Shown here: in pieces, positions 16,706-25,183 of the stretch
Position numbering within the stretch: position 1 is the stretch's first letter
Layout of the letters: each line of letters opens with the position of its first letter
DNA from: a virus
Taxonomy: Duplodnaviria; Caudoviricetes
DNA: 27,994 nucleotides
IMG/VR virus record: IMGVR_UViG_3300020044_000271
Coordinates: 1-27,994 of that record
Direction: 5' to 3' (one strand)
Notes under the pieces: generated by a model
What the model was told of the DNA's origin: nothing
The model's input: only the letters and a program-made list of their open reading frames with translations
Database searches by the model: none
Translations under genes and position numbers: made by a program

Positions 16706-17203
16706 TTACTCCGTAGGTTGTGTAGGCCACACGATTGTCCAAGGGAAACCTTCTTGTGTAGGTACATCCCTTAATGCTTGACAGTAATCTTTCCAGCCTT
16801 GTGAGGGTGTCATGTCACTGCGAAATCTCCAATCAGTCTCAGACAATTTAGCATCACGTTTGGTACGAACAGACTTGGCCTGTTCCGCATCCTTTTGAGC
16901 TTTGTATGCAACCTCATTGTCAGCAGCAGATGTGACATTGCCTGTCTCATCTGTAGTGTCTGTAAACACTGGGCCAAGGATGTACTTTGTGTACCATTTT
17001 CCATCAAGTTGCTCAACACCAGAGGCTTGTGAGTATTGGTAGACAGTTCCACCAGTAGCCTGTGGGCCTTCAAACACTACGTCAGCACCAAACTCGTTTA
17101 AGAGTTCTTCTGACAACTGTTGTGGCATAGAAGTGTTGGGGTGTAATGCACGAAATTCACCCTCATACATGACTGCGCCTGATTCACGAATTCTGATTTG
17201 CAT
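16706..17203 (-). CDS. tail fibre assembly chaperone-like protein
   Basis: C-terminal R..RD.KL.ETDW......W..Y.QALRDVPTQ.GFP..I.WP motif. Confidence 0.85.
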   Translation of the reverse strand: MQIRIRESGAVMYEGEFRALHPNTSMPQQLSEELLNEFGADVVFEGPQATGGTVYQYSQASGVEQLDGKWYTKYILGPVFTDTTDETGNVTSAADNEVAYKAQKDAEQAKSVRTKRDAKLSETDWRFRSDMTPSQGWKDYCQALRDVPTQEGFPWTIVWPTQPTE

Positions 17204-17214
17204 TTTGATATTCC

Positions 17215-19155
17215 TTACGCTATCGCCAAAAAGATGTAGCTTGCGGCATTTGTGTTAATTGCCGCCAAGATTGAAGCATTAACAGCAAAGCCTGTTGAAA
17301 CTGTTGTAACAGAACCAAGTGTTGCCACTTCTGCGGCTGTGCTATTCATCAGCAAATATGGGTCTGTCAATACTGTCATACCACGGGCTGTGTCATAAGT
17401 GTACCAATCACCCGTTGCGTCTGTGCGCTTGATAAGCACAAACCTTGCCCCGCCAGTAAAACCGCAGTCAATAGTTTGCGTTGTTCCGTTGCCTGTGTAG
17501 CTTCCAACTTTTGAAACACCTGCACAAGTTGCAAATAGGTAGTTGACGTAAGTGTCACCTGACCAATTGACATTTGAGTTTGTCCCAACAGTAAAAACAG
17601 TTGAAGTTGGCGCTGTATTGTTCCAATAGCTGGAAGAAGTAGTTACTGCCTGATCTAAATCTAATATTAAATTTTTGGTTGCCCCAAGTGCTGAACTATA
17701 AACGCGCCATCTCTGTGTGCTTTCGCTTAAATTTGTTCTGGCTTTAACTATCATCAACTCAGGAACCATAGTCAAATTATGACTAAATGTTGTTGCACTT
17801 CCCGTCCCTGTATAGCAAACCACATCAAATACAGATGGCGCACGTTTAAACATCCAATAAATGTCAGGTTCACTTGCGCTAGTCATTCCATCAAAGAACT
17901 GCGTGTTTGAATCTAACTTTGATACAGACGGGCCATAAGTTGAGTTGTTTGTTGCCTCTGAATTGGTACTGGTTGTTAACAATAAATTAGTAGCACCACG
18001 CAAGCGGTCGCTTGTAATAAAGTTAACACCCCAACCATTACGCTGACCAAACCAAGCTGAATCAACAGGGAATCCTGCGGTTACTGAGAATGGTTGTGAA
18101 CCAGTATTGGTTTGAGCAACAGGGCTAAACACACTAGTCCCCACAGTAGGCACTTTCATCGGGCCTCTACGAATGGCTATGTAGATGTAGGTTGAATCCG
18201 TTTCATTGACTGTGGCACTTGAAGTTGATGGGCTAAACCCTGTTGCTGTCAAACCAATATAATTTGCTTCAACCTCTGCATCGGATGTATTTGGTTTTAA
18301 AAATGCATCGTTTTGACCCGCCACAGTCAATCCCCGCATATTGTCAAAAAGAAACCAACTGTTTGCTGTTGAAGCATTTTTAACAAGTAACCATTGTGGT
18401 TCATAGCCAAGCGTAACTACTGGGCCTGTTGCAGAGCCATTACCTGTATAAGACCCACACGAAATCACATTGTCTGTACCAGTTAGGCCAAAGCCTCCTG
18501 CGTTGTGGGCGAATAGGTAGGCGACAAAATCATCGCCACTTGCATTAACATTATTCAAATTACCAAGTGTAAATTCAGTAGATGTTGGTGTGGTGTTGTT
18601 CCAGCTTGTGCTTGTAAACTCAGACGCTGTTTCGTTTAAGTTCAAATGCTTTGTGTTCCCCAAAGATTGGTGGTACACCGTCCAACTTGAAGCGTTTTCT
18701 GTATTTTTTACAATAATGCAGCCCGGTACTGATCCAAGATTATGTGAAATAGTTCGCGCTGTGTTATTGCCCACCCACGTCACAACATCAAAAAACTTTG
18801 GTTGTTTGCGGAATGTCCATGACACATAATTATCACCAGAGCCATTAAAAGCAAGAAAACTGTTATTTTGCGAAAAGCCGTTAGTATTAAAGACAGTATT
18901 TAAAGCCAATGTTCCCAAAGGCTCTGTTTTATCAGTTCTTAAGAAATTGTTTGCACCATTTGCCGTGTCTTGCAAGTAATGTGATGTGGCTTGCGTTCTA
19001 TTTTTAATCCAAACTAAGCCACCTTTAGTTGCTAAATCAACTCCATTAACAATAGTTTGACTTCCATTGTTACCTGCGTAAAGGTATGTGCTGAACACAT
19101 CCTCAATGTAGTTAACCGCATCCGCAGCGACTTGTGACGTATTAGCTGAAAACAT
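17215..19155 (-). CDS. receptor-binding/fibre tip protein with internal repeats
   Basis: Repeated Y.GNG / FDVV.(W/Y).G / HNL..VP..(I/M)IVK / WNNT.PTST.FT.G units; ends YIFLAIA; followed by the chaperone gene. Confidence 0.75.
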   Translation of the reverse strand: MFSANTSQVAADAVNYIEDVFSTYLYAGNNGSQTIVNGVDLATKGGLVWIKNRTQATSHYLQDTANGANNFLRTDKTEPLGTLALNTVFNTNGFSQNNSFLAFNGSGDNYVSWTFRKQPKFFDVVTWVGNNTARTISHNLGSVPGCIIVKNTENASSWTVYHQSLGNTKHLNLNETASEFTSTSWNNTTPTSTEFTLGNLNNVNASGDDFVAYLFAHNAGGFGLTGTDNVISCGSYTGNGSATGPVVTLGYEPQWLLVKNASTANSWFLFDNMRGLTVAGQNDAFLKPNTSDAEVEANYIGLTATGFSPSTSSATVNETDSTYIYIAIRRGPMKVPTVGTSVFSPVAQTNTGSQPFSVTAGFPVDSAWFGQRNGWGVNFITSDRLRGATNLLLTTSTNSEATNNSTYGPSVSKLDSNTQFFDGMTSASEPDIYWMFKRAPSVFDVVCYTGTGSATTFSHNLTMVPELMIVKARTNLSESTQRWRVYSSALGATKNLILDLDQAVTTSSSYWNNTAPTSTVFTVGTNSNVNWSGDTYVNYLFATCAGVSKVGSYTGNGTTQTIDCGFTGGARFVLIKRTDATGDWYTYDTARGMTVLTDPYLLMNSTAAEVATLGSVTTVSTGFAVNASILAAINTNAASYIFLAIA

Positions 19156-19163
19156 ATTTACCC

Positions 19164-21530
19164 TTAAGCAGAGTAGTTCTGACCAGCAACTGATCCGTAC
19201 CAGTTTGTGCCATCACTTGTAAACACAAACTTGTCCATCTTGCTTGCCGTAGCTGTCAGGGTAGGTGCAGTGCCACTAGGCCACTGAACTGTTGACCAAG
19301 TGACTGTATAAGCACCTGCACCAGTTTTTAGCAACAACATAAATGACTTACCACTTACTGCCGTAGGCATGGTGATTGTGCAAGTACCTGTCAAGGTAAT
19401 GATCTGCACTGTGCCGTTGGTCAAAGCCAAAGTAATGGCAGTTGAACTGTTGGCAGAGTAAGGCGTTTCAACGTAATTGGTGATTGTTGGATTTGTCAGT
19501 GCTGGTGCGCTGTTAAATACCAAAACACCCGAGCCAGTTTCGTCCGACACAACAGAAATCAAATTGGCACTTGAGGGTGTAGTCAAGAATGTCGCAACGC
19601 CAGTACCAAGGCCAGACACACCAGTTGCAATTGGCAAACCTGTTGCATTGGTTAATGTTCCGCCTGAGGGTGTTCCTAAAGCACCGCCATTAACGACAGG
19701 TGAGCCTGCTGTGCCGATGTTTACCGCCAAAGCAGTCGCAACCCCTGTCCCCAAACCTGATACCCCTGTGCCAATAGGCAAACCAGTAGCGTTAGTTAAA
19801 GTAGCAGATTGTGGTGTGCCAAGAATAGGAGTCACCAAAGTCGGTGAAGTAGCAAACACCAACGAGCCAGAGCCTGTTTCGTCAGACACAGCAGCCGCCA
19901 TCTGAGCAGATGTTGCAACCAAAGTGTTGCTTGTCAGGTTGATTGTTTTATTGGTCAGCGTGTCTGTTGTGTCACGACCAACCAACGTAGTTGTCGCATC
20001 AGGTAAAGTGACCACACGGCCTGCTGTAGATACCGCATCAAGCAAAGTAACAGCACTCGCAGCCGAACTTGAACTTCTAAAGCGAATGCCTTTGTTAAAG
20101 TCTGTGCCGTCACTGATAGTGACAAGACCAGTGCCTTTAGGCTGAATATGCAAACCAGTGTTTGCGCTAGTGCCGTCAGCATAGACATGAAGTGGAACAC
20201 CAACGCCAATGCCGTTTTTAACAACCAAATAATCAACGGCAGACGTTGTAGGCGAAAGCCCAAGAATTTGGTTATTATTGGTGTCGTTGATCTGGTTTAA
20301 AAGCGGTGCTGTAATTGTCGGTGAAGTAGCCAAAGCCACCACAGTGCCAGAACCTGTCGTTGTGTAAGATGTGCCCCAAGCTGTGCCAGTTGAGTTAGCA
20401 ATTCCAGCCGCAGGATAAACTTGCGCTGCGGCAGTTGCATTGATCGTCTGGTTAGGCCATGAGCCACTGACTGTGACATTAGTTCCAGCCACAATAGCTG
20501 GTGTTGATGTGCCTGTACCACCACTTGCCACCGCCAAAGTGCCCGCCAAAGTGATTGTGCCTGAAGCTGTGATAGGGCCACCAGAAGTGGTTAAGCCTGT
20601 TGTGCCACCAGACATTGCAACGCTGGTCACTGTGCCAGAACCGCCTACGGCAATGTATTCCACATCAGTTGCGCCAGTGTTAACCGCTAAAACCTTGCCA
20701 GCATTACCAGCGTAAGACGGCAAAATGTTGCCACGGGCTTGAGAAGCTGTAGACGCGCCAGTGCCACCATAAGGCAAACCAATTTCTGTGCCTTTCCAAA
20801 CACCAACAGTTACCTCACCAGAATCGTTAATAACGACGCCGGAATTTTGAATAATTTTGCCCGTTGTACTGTCAAAACGAGCCACAGCATTGTCGGTGCT
20901 AGATGCTGGGCCGGTCACATCTCCGCCACCACTGCCACCTGTAGCGTTGATTGTTTGATTTGGCCAAGTGCCAGACACTGTGACGTTAGTACCAGCCACA
21001 ATGCTAGGTGTTGCTGTGCCTGTACCACCGTTTGCAACGGGAAGTTGGCCAGTTACGCCAGTAGTTAGTGGCAGGCCAGTCAAATTTGTTGCAGTACCGC
21101 TAGAGGGCGTGCCAAGGGCGCCACCCGGAGCAACGTAGTCTGTGCCTGCCGTTGCAGCAGACAGTGCTGTGCCATTGCCCTTGACCACGCCAGTGACTGT
21201 GGTGGACAAAGTAATTGCAGGCGTTGTTGTTGCCGTGGCCACAGTGCCTGCCAAGCCATTGGCAGACACAATAGATGCGCTGGTCACTGTGCCTGTAGCG
21301 TTAATGGTCTGATTAGGCCAAGAGCCAGATATTGTGACATTTGTGCCTGCTACCAAAGCAGGTGTCGCTGTACCTGTGCCGCCTTTGGCTACTTGGATAA
21401 TACTAAGACCAGGTGTGATGTCTGCAATGGTCAGTTTTTTTGTTGTTGTACTTTGAACAATTGGCAAAACTTCCGTGCCTGCAACGGGCGTGGTTGCGGC
21501 TGGTAGTCCAGAAATCTTCACGTCAGCCAT
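19164..21530 (-). CDS. long Gly/Thr-rich tail fibre
   Basis: MADVKISGLP N-terminus, multiple internal repeats, C-terminal WPSGTAPTLT...D.F.F.SDGTNWYG domain. Confidence 0.82.
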   Translation of the reverse strand: MADVKISGLPAATTPVAGTEVLPIVQSTTTKKLTIADITPGLSIIQVAKGGTGTATPALVAGTNVTISGSWPNQTINATGTVTSASIVSANGLAGTVATATTTPAITLSTTVTGVVKGNGTALSAATAGTDYVAPGGALGTPSSGTATNLTGLPLTTGVTGQLPVANGGTGTATPSIVAGTNVTVSGTWPNQTINATGGSGGGDVTGPASSTDNAVARFDSTTGKIIQNSGVVINDSGEVTVGVWKGTEIGLPYGGTGASTASQARGNILPSYAGNAGKVLAVNTGATDVEYIAVGGSGTVTSVAMSGGTTGLTTSGGPITASGTITLAGTLAVASGGTGTSTPAIVAGTNVTVSGSWPNQTINATAAAQVYPAAGIANSTGTAWGTSYTTTGSGTVVALATSPTITAPLLNQINDTNNNQILGLSPTTSAVDYLVVKNGIGVGVPLHVYADGTSANTGLHIQPKGTGLVTISDGTDFNKGIRFRSSSSAASAVTLLDAVSTAGRVVTLPDATTTLVGRDTTDTLTNKTINLTSNTLVATSAQMAAAVSDETGSGSLVFATSPTLVTPILGTPQSATLTNATGLPIGTGVSGLGTGVATALAVNIGTAGSPVVNGGALGTPSGGTLTNATGLPIATGVSGLGTGVATFLTTPSSANLISVVSDETGSGVLVFNSAPALTNPTITNYVETPYSANSSTAITLALTNGTVQIITLTGTCTITMPTAVSGKSFMLLLKTGAGAYTVTWSTVQWPSGTAPTLTATASKMDKFVFTSDGTNWYGSVAGQNYSA
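20432..21383 (-). repeat. three dispersed copies of a ~30-aa fibre repeat
   Basis: GGTGT(A/S)TP(A/S)(L/I)VAGTNVT(I/V)SG(S/T)WPNQTINAT at ~21291-21383, ~20937-21030 and ~20432-20524. Confidence 0.9.
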
Positions 21531-21542
21531 AATGAACTCCGA

Positions 21543-22061
21543 TTAAGTAAATGATACTTCAATGTTTGAAGTAGTTGGCGGTGCAGTTGAAAAGGTTAAG
21601 GTGGTTCCAGCCACTGTGTATGTATTCTTTTGCTGGTACACACCGTTAATAAACACATCTGTGGTGTTTTCACTGGTTGGTGTAGCGCTTAACGTAAATA
21701 TGGTGGTTGATCCATTACCTGTAGTGTTAAAAATTACAGGAACTTGAATTTCAGTGCCCCCAGCAGCACCAATACCCCAAATATTGTCATAAGTGGCTAT
21801 TAGTACGTCTAAGGAAGTTTGCAACACAAATTTATATTGTGTTGTGCTTGTTAGCCATATTTCACCGCTTGGCACTCGGCCAGCAGAATCCAGAATAATA
21901 GGATTGGTGTGGGCAACATTGCCTTCAATTGTCGTATACGTGGCAGCAGGCGTAGTTGTACCAGCAGAATATGTATATATCTTTCCGCCAGTTAAGACTG
22001 CGCCGTAATTGTCAAAAAATTGGGCCGCAACGCCGCCCACAGGGGAGAGAAATACGGCCAT
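21543..22061 (-). CDS. stand-alone virion attachment (tailspike head-binding-like) protein with small C-terminal beta domain
   Basis: QFFD..G..L.GGKIYTY.AGTTTP..TY......TNPIILDSAGR motif typical of podovirus tailspike N-termini. Confidence 0.7.
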   Translation of the reverse strand: MAVFLSPVGGVAAQFFDNYGAVLTGGKIYTYSAGTTTPAATYTTIEGNVAHTNPIILDSAGRVPSGEIWLTSTTQYKFVLQTSLDVLIATYDNIWGIGAAGGTEIQVPVIFNTTGNGSTTIFTLSATPTSENTTDVFINGVYQQKNTYTVAGTTLTFSTAPPTTSNIEVSFT

Positions 22062-22070
22062 GATGAACCT

Positions 22071-22340
22071 TTATTCGTATGCGACTGTGAACGCTGCGGA
22101 AGTTCCCGCTAAAACAATGTACAAACCTTTGTTAAAAAACAAACCGGCTGGAATGTTTACATAAGTTGTTCCTGCGCTTACAGAAAATGTATCGGCAATT
22201 TTAGGATCGCCAGTGCTTGATGCGCCAGAGTCATAGATTGTCAAAGTGCCGCTTGAAGATGCTGTCACAAAGATGCCGAACAACTTGCCAGCACCAACTT
22301 TAATTTGTGTGGTTGCTGCGGTTTGGGTGTAATTAGCCAT
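22071..22340 (-). CDS. small beta-rich structural protein
   Basis: 89 aa, IKVGAGKLFGIFV...GTLTIYD...F.KGLY; TAAGGA RBS. Confidence 0.7.
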   Translation of the reverse strand: MANYTQTAATTQIKVGAGKLFGIFVTASSSGTLTIYDSGASSTGDPKIADTFSVSAGTTYVNIPAGLFFNKGLYIVLAGTSAAFTVAYE

Positions 22341-22349
22341 GATGTGTCC

Positions 22350-22712
22350 TTATGCCAAGAATTTTAACTTGTAGAGCGTGGTCAGGTACAACTCAACGAT
22401 ATTATCTATCAATTGTTGCAGTGATGAGTCTGATTTGTCACACACATCGTATCTTGAGGCTTCAATTTCAGCAAGTGAATCTTGCAAAAATTCAATCACA
22501 TTGGCCGTCTTCTTAGCCGAGTGCAAAGTGATAGGGCCGATTAAACCATACCTGCCTTGGTAGGCTTCAGCAAAAGCGTCAGCATGGTCAATGATGCCAT
22601 CATAAAAGGCATTCAAAGCCACATGCTTGCTGTAGCTGCGGGTGTTTAAATGCACGGAATGAGTTACATCACGGGCTAGGAACAGTATTCCTACAAAATC
22701 TGCGGCTTTCAT
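22350..22712 (-). CDS. Dps/ferritin-like four-helix protein
   Basis: HSVHLNT.SY.KH.AL..FYD....HAD.FAE.YQG resembles the Dps H..H..D..E ferroxidase pattern; ATGA coupling to the portal. Confidence 0.7.
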   Translation of the reverse strand: MKAADFVGILFLARDVTHSVHLNTRSYSKHVALNAFYDGIIDHADAFAEAYQGRYGLIGPITLHSAKKTANVIEFLQDSLAEIEASRYDVCDKSDSSLQQLIDNIVELYLTTLYKLKFLA

Positions 22713-24877
22713 TGTGGCATTCCTTGTGGTTGCATCTCCATTGGCATAGATTCCTCACGCATTTCAGGCATTTGGTTTACGGTGTTTTGCGACTCCATGG
22801 CCGCAGCAACCACGCCCATGGCAATGTCTTGGATCTGCTCTTCAGTCATGCCGGCCTGCACTGCTGCAATGCGTTTAGTCTCAGCATCATAAAGTTTAAT
22901 CTGAGCCTCAAAGTCCTTGCGCTCCATGTCCTGCATCTCAATAGACTTGCCGACATTCTGGATCATCTGGTGCATCTGCTCCATCTCTTGACCCATGGCC
23001 TGAATCTGCTGCTGCGCCGCCTGCAATGCTGGGTCTTCGTCGCCGTCTGACAAGAACTTAGGATCAATGGTCTTGGCAAAGCGTTTGCTCATCTCTTGCG
23101 CGCCTGGCCAATCCATGTTTTTTACAAACAAGTCGCCAGCCACTTGCCACAGCTGTGGGTTTCCTTGCAACAGCTGCGCCATGGCTTCTAGCGCCTCTTG
23201 ACGCTTGGTTGCGTAGCCTGGGCCAGTCGTGGCCACCACGTCGTACTTGCCAACGCCAGGGTTGTAGATTTTCTCCATCACAATACCCTGCTCGTCCATA
23301 ATCTTGTTGACAGGCATTGGTTGGTCAGGGTTGATCTTGACCATTTTTGTTTCGCCGTCTTCGCCAATGATGCGGGCAATACGCTGGGTGTCGTAAATCT
23401 TAGGAATCAAGTCCACCAACTGACGGGCAACGTGACGAACTGCACGGGTTAGGTTGTCGCCATAGTGGAACGTGCCCACATCACCCTCGCGCTGGCGTGC
23501 CAAAATGGCTTTTCCGCTACGCTCGTTCGATCCCATGCCCAATGAGGCGTTGTATTGGCCTGTTGTAGACTTAATGTCCTCAGATGCGCCAGCTTTGGCC
23601 TGTAATAGACCGCTAGAGGCCATCGGCGGCTGCGCACGCTGGGGTAGTGGCAAGACCGCACCTTGGCCGTCTGTAACGTCTGGATTGACCTCAAGGTAGG
23701 GCCAATTGTTTGTATTGGCCGTTTTCCACTTATCTTCGTAGCCCTCAAACTGGCCACCATAGCCAATAAACGGTGCTTTGGGTGCAAGAGCCAGCATCTC
23801 TGCTTCTTGGCTGACCCAGTAGTTGTACATGCGCTGGGCATCTTTGGCGTTTCTGACTAGGCCAGAGACATATAAGCGGCCATCGACCTCAAACTCATTA
23901 CCCACCACGCGAATGACTGGAATCCACTTGCCAGCCCATTCTTTTTCTTCAAGAATCTCATACCCGTTAATCTTGCAATACTTGACCCGTGGGCGCTCAG
24001 ACTCACGCGACCTGATTGGCTTGCCAAACATGTCTCTGAGCATCTTATCTTCGGGCGTGCCTTCAAAGGCCGACTGATTGCCAGGGTACAAGTTCAGTTT
24101 GGTCTTGTCGTAGTCAATGTAGTAGTAACTGGCAATGCGTACAGTGTCTTCATTGAGCCAGTTGCTGATCGACTGGTCACCTACACCAAGCGACTGGAGC
24201 GTAGAGATAGGCGCAGCATCTGGGTACTGGCGCTCGTACTCTGCTTTGGTCAAGTCTTCAGTGATAAAGCAATATTTAGCATCTGCGCCCGTTGGGTCTT
24301 GGATCAGAGGATCCATGTAGACTGAAAATGAGTTACGAATGCGGCCAATTTTAATGTCTTGGTCAAACGTGTTCTCGTCGCAATACTCGGTCAGCAGGGT
24401 GATGTACCCTTCGCCATACGCTACCTGATTTTCACACGCGGTGTCATAGGCCACGTCTGCGTCTGAGATGTATTCAATGTGGCGAATCATGCCGTTGAAA
24501 ATGTCTGCCACTTCCACGTCGGCGTTGTCATCCACTGGGATGACCTTAGCGCCTGGGCGGTTCTGACGCATGTCATTCGTCACCTGACGAACGTGCTGCG
24601 GCAGTTTGTTGATCGTGAGCGTTGGCCGTGCGTTGATCGTCTGACCCTGCACCGCGCCACGGGTGGCCAATACGTCAGCAGGCCATTGCCAATGGTTGTC
24701 AGGCGAGCCTGCATAAAAGCGCAGGTCGTCAATTTCGTCTTCTCGTGACTCGGCCAGCGCTGAGACAGCCATATCCAACCGCGCACGGGCAGTTGTCAGA
24801 ATGTCTGAATTAGATTTAGGTGGTTTGCCGCCAGCAGCTACGTTAGCTGCGGCGACCATGCCTGTTGGATCTGCCAT
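22709..24877 (-). CDS. portal protein, P22 gp1-like
   Basis: DLRFY.G...QW, RP.LTINK, G.VR.AKDAQR.YNY, SGKAILARQ, G.YDV...GP...TKRQE, C-terminal coiled-coil barrel. Start MADPT at 24877 is preferred over 24931. Confidence 0.93.
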   Translation of the reverse strand: MADPTGMVAAANVAAGGKPPKSNSDILTTARARLDMAVSALAESREDEIDDLRFYAGSPDNHWQWPADVLATRGAVQGQTINARPTLTINKLPQHVRQVTNDMRQNRPGAKVIPVDDNADVEVADIFNGMIRHIEYISDADVAYDTACENQVAYGEGYITLLTEYCDENTFDQDIKIGRIRNSFSVYMDPLIQDPTGADAKYCFITEDLTKAEYERQYPDAAPISTLQSLGVGDQSISNWLNEDTVRIASYYYIDYDKTKLNLYPGNQSAFEGTPEDKMLRDMFGKPIRSRESERPRVKYCKINGYEILEEKEWAGKWIPVIRVVGNEFEVDGRLYVSGLVRNAKDAQRMYNYWVSQEAEMLALAPKAPFIGYGGQFEGYEDKWKTANTNNWPYLEVNPDVTDGQGAVLPLPQRAQPPMASSGLLQAKAGASEDIKSTTGQYNASLGMGSNERSGKAILARQREGDVGTFHYGDNLTRAVRHVARQLVDLIPKIYDTQRIARIIGEDGETKMVKINPDQPMPVNKIMDEQGIVMEKIYNPGVGKYDVVATTGPGYATKRQEALEAMAQLLQGNPQLWQVAGDLFVKNMDWPGAQEMSKRFAKTIDPKFLSDGDEDPALQAAQQQIQAMGQEMEQMHQMIQNVGKSIEMQDMERKDFEAQIKLYDAETKRIAAVQAGMTEEQIQDIAMGVVAAAMESQNTVNQMPEMREESMPMEMQPQGMPQ

Positions 24878-24878
24878 C

Positions 24879-25025
24879 TTATTTCTTCTTTGCTGTTTGT
24901 TTGGCAGCCTGGCGCTTGACTGAGTAGGCAATGGCCACGGCCTGCTTGACGGGGGCGCCTGCTTTGACTTCGGCAGCTACATTCTTGCGGAAGGCTTCGG
25001 GTGATTTTGACTTAACCAATGGCAT
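24879..25025 (-). CDS. 48-aa basic protein ([48 protein letters not shown])
   Basis: Translated by hand. TGATG coupling to the upstream gene, KQAVAIAY motif, and a stop ending 1 nt before the portal ATG. Confidence 0.8.
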   Translation of the reverse strand: MPLVKSKSPEAFRKNVAAEVKAGAPVKQAVAIAYSVKRQAAKQTAKKK

Positions 25026-25180
25026 CATTTCCCCTTTTTAGCCGTCTTGGCAGAGTCTTTAAAATCTTTGGCAGTCGGTGCGCCCTTGTCGCCAGGACTG
25101 CGCATCTTCTCTTTGCTGCCGGCGGCTATGCGTTCGCGCTTTGCTGCGATATTTGCGTACAAGCCAGGTTTAGTAGCCAT
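25025..25180 (-). CDS. 51-aa basic protein ([51 protein letters not shown])
   Basis: Translated by hand. ATG lies 3 nt after the TerL stop with GGGAG upstream; Lys/Arg-rich. Confidence 0.8.
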   Translation of the reverse strand: MATKPGLYANIAAKRERIAAGSKEKMRSPGDKGAPTAKDFKDSAKTAKKGK

Positions 25181-25183
25181 ATA

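Noticed and set aside
17215-21530. Fibre repeats as a DGR template/variable repeat pair or CRISPR-like array
   Set aside because: The repeats are in-frame protein repeats that differ mostly at synonymous sites. I saw no adenine-specific pattern, no constant repeat-spacer period, and no reverse transcriptase or cas gene in the window.
24878-24931. Extended portal start (MPTQSS...) from the ORF track
   Set aside because: It overlaps the 48-aa basic gene; ATG 24877 directly follows that gene's stop and is the better start.
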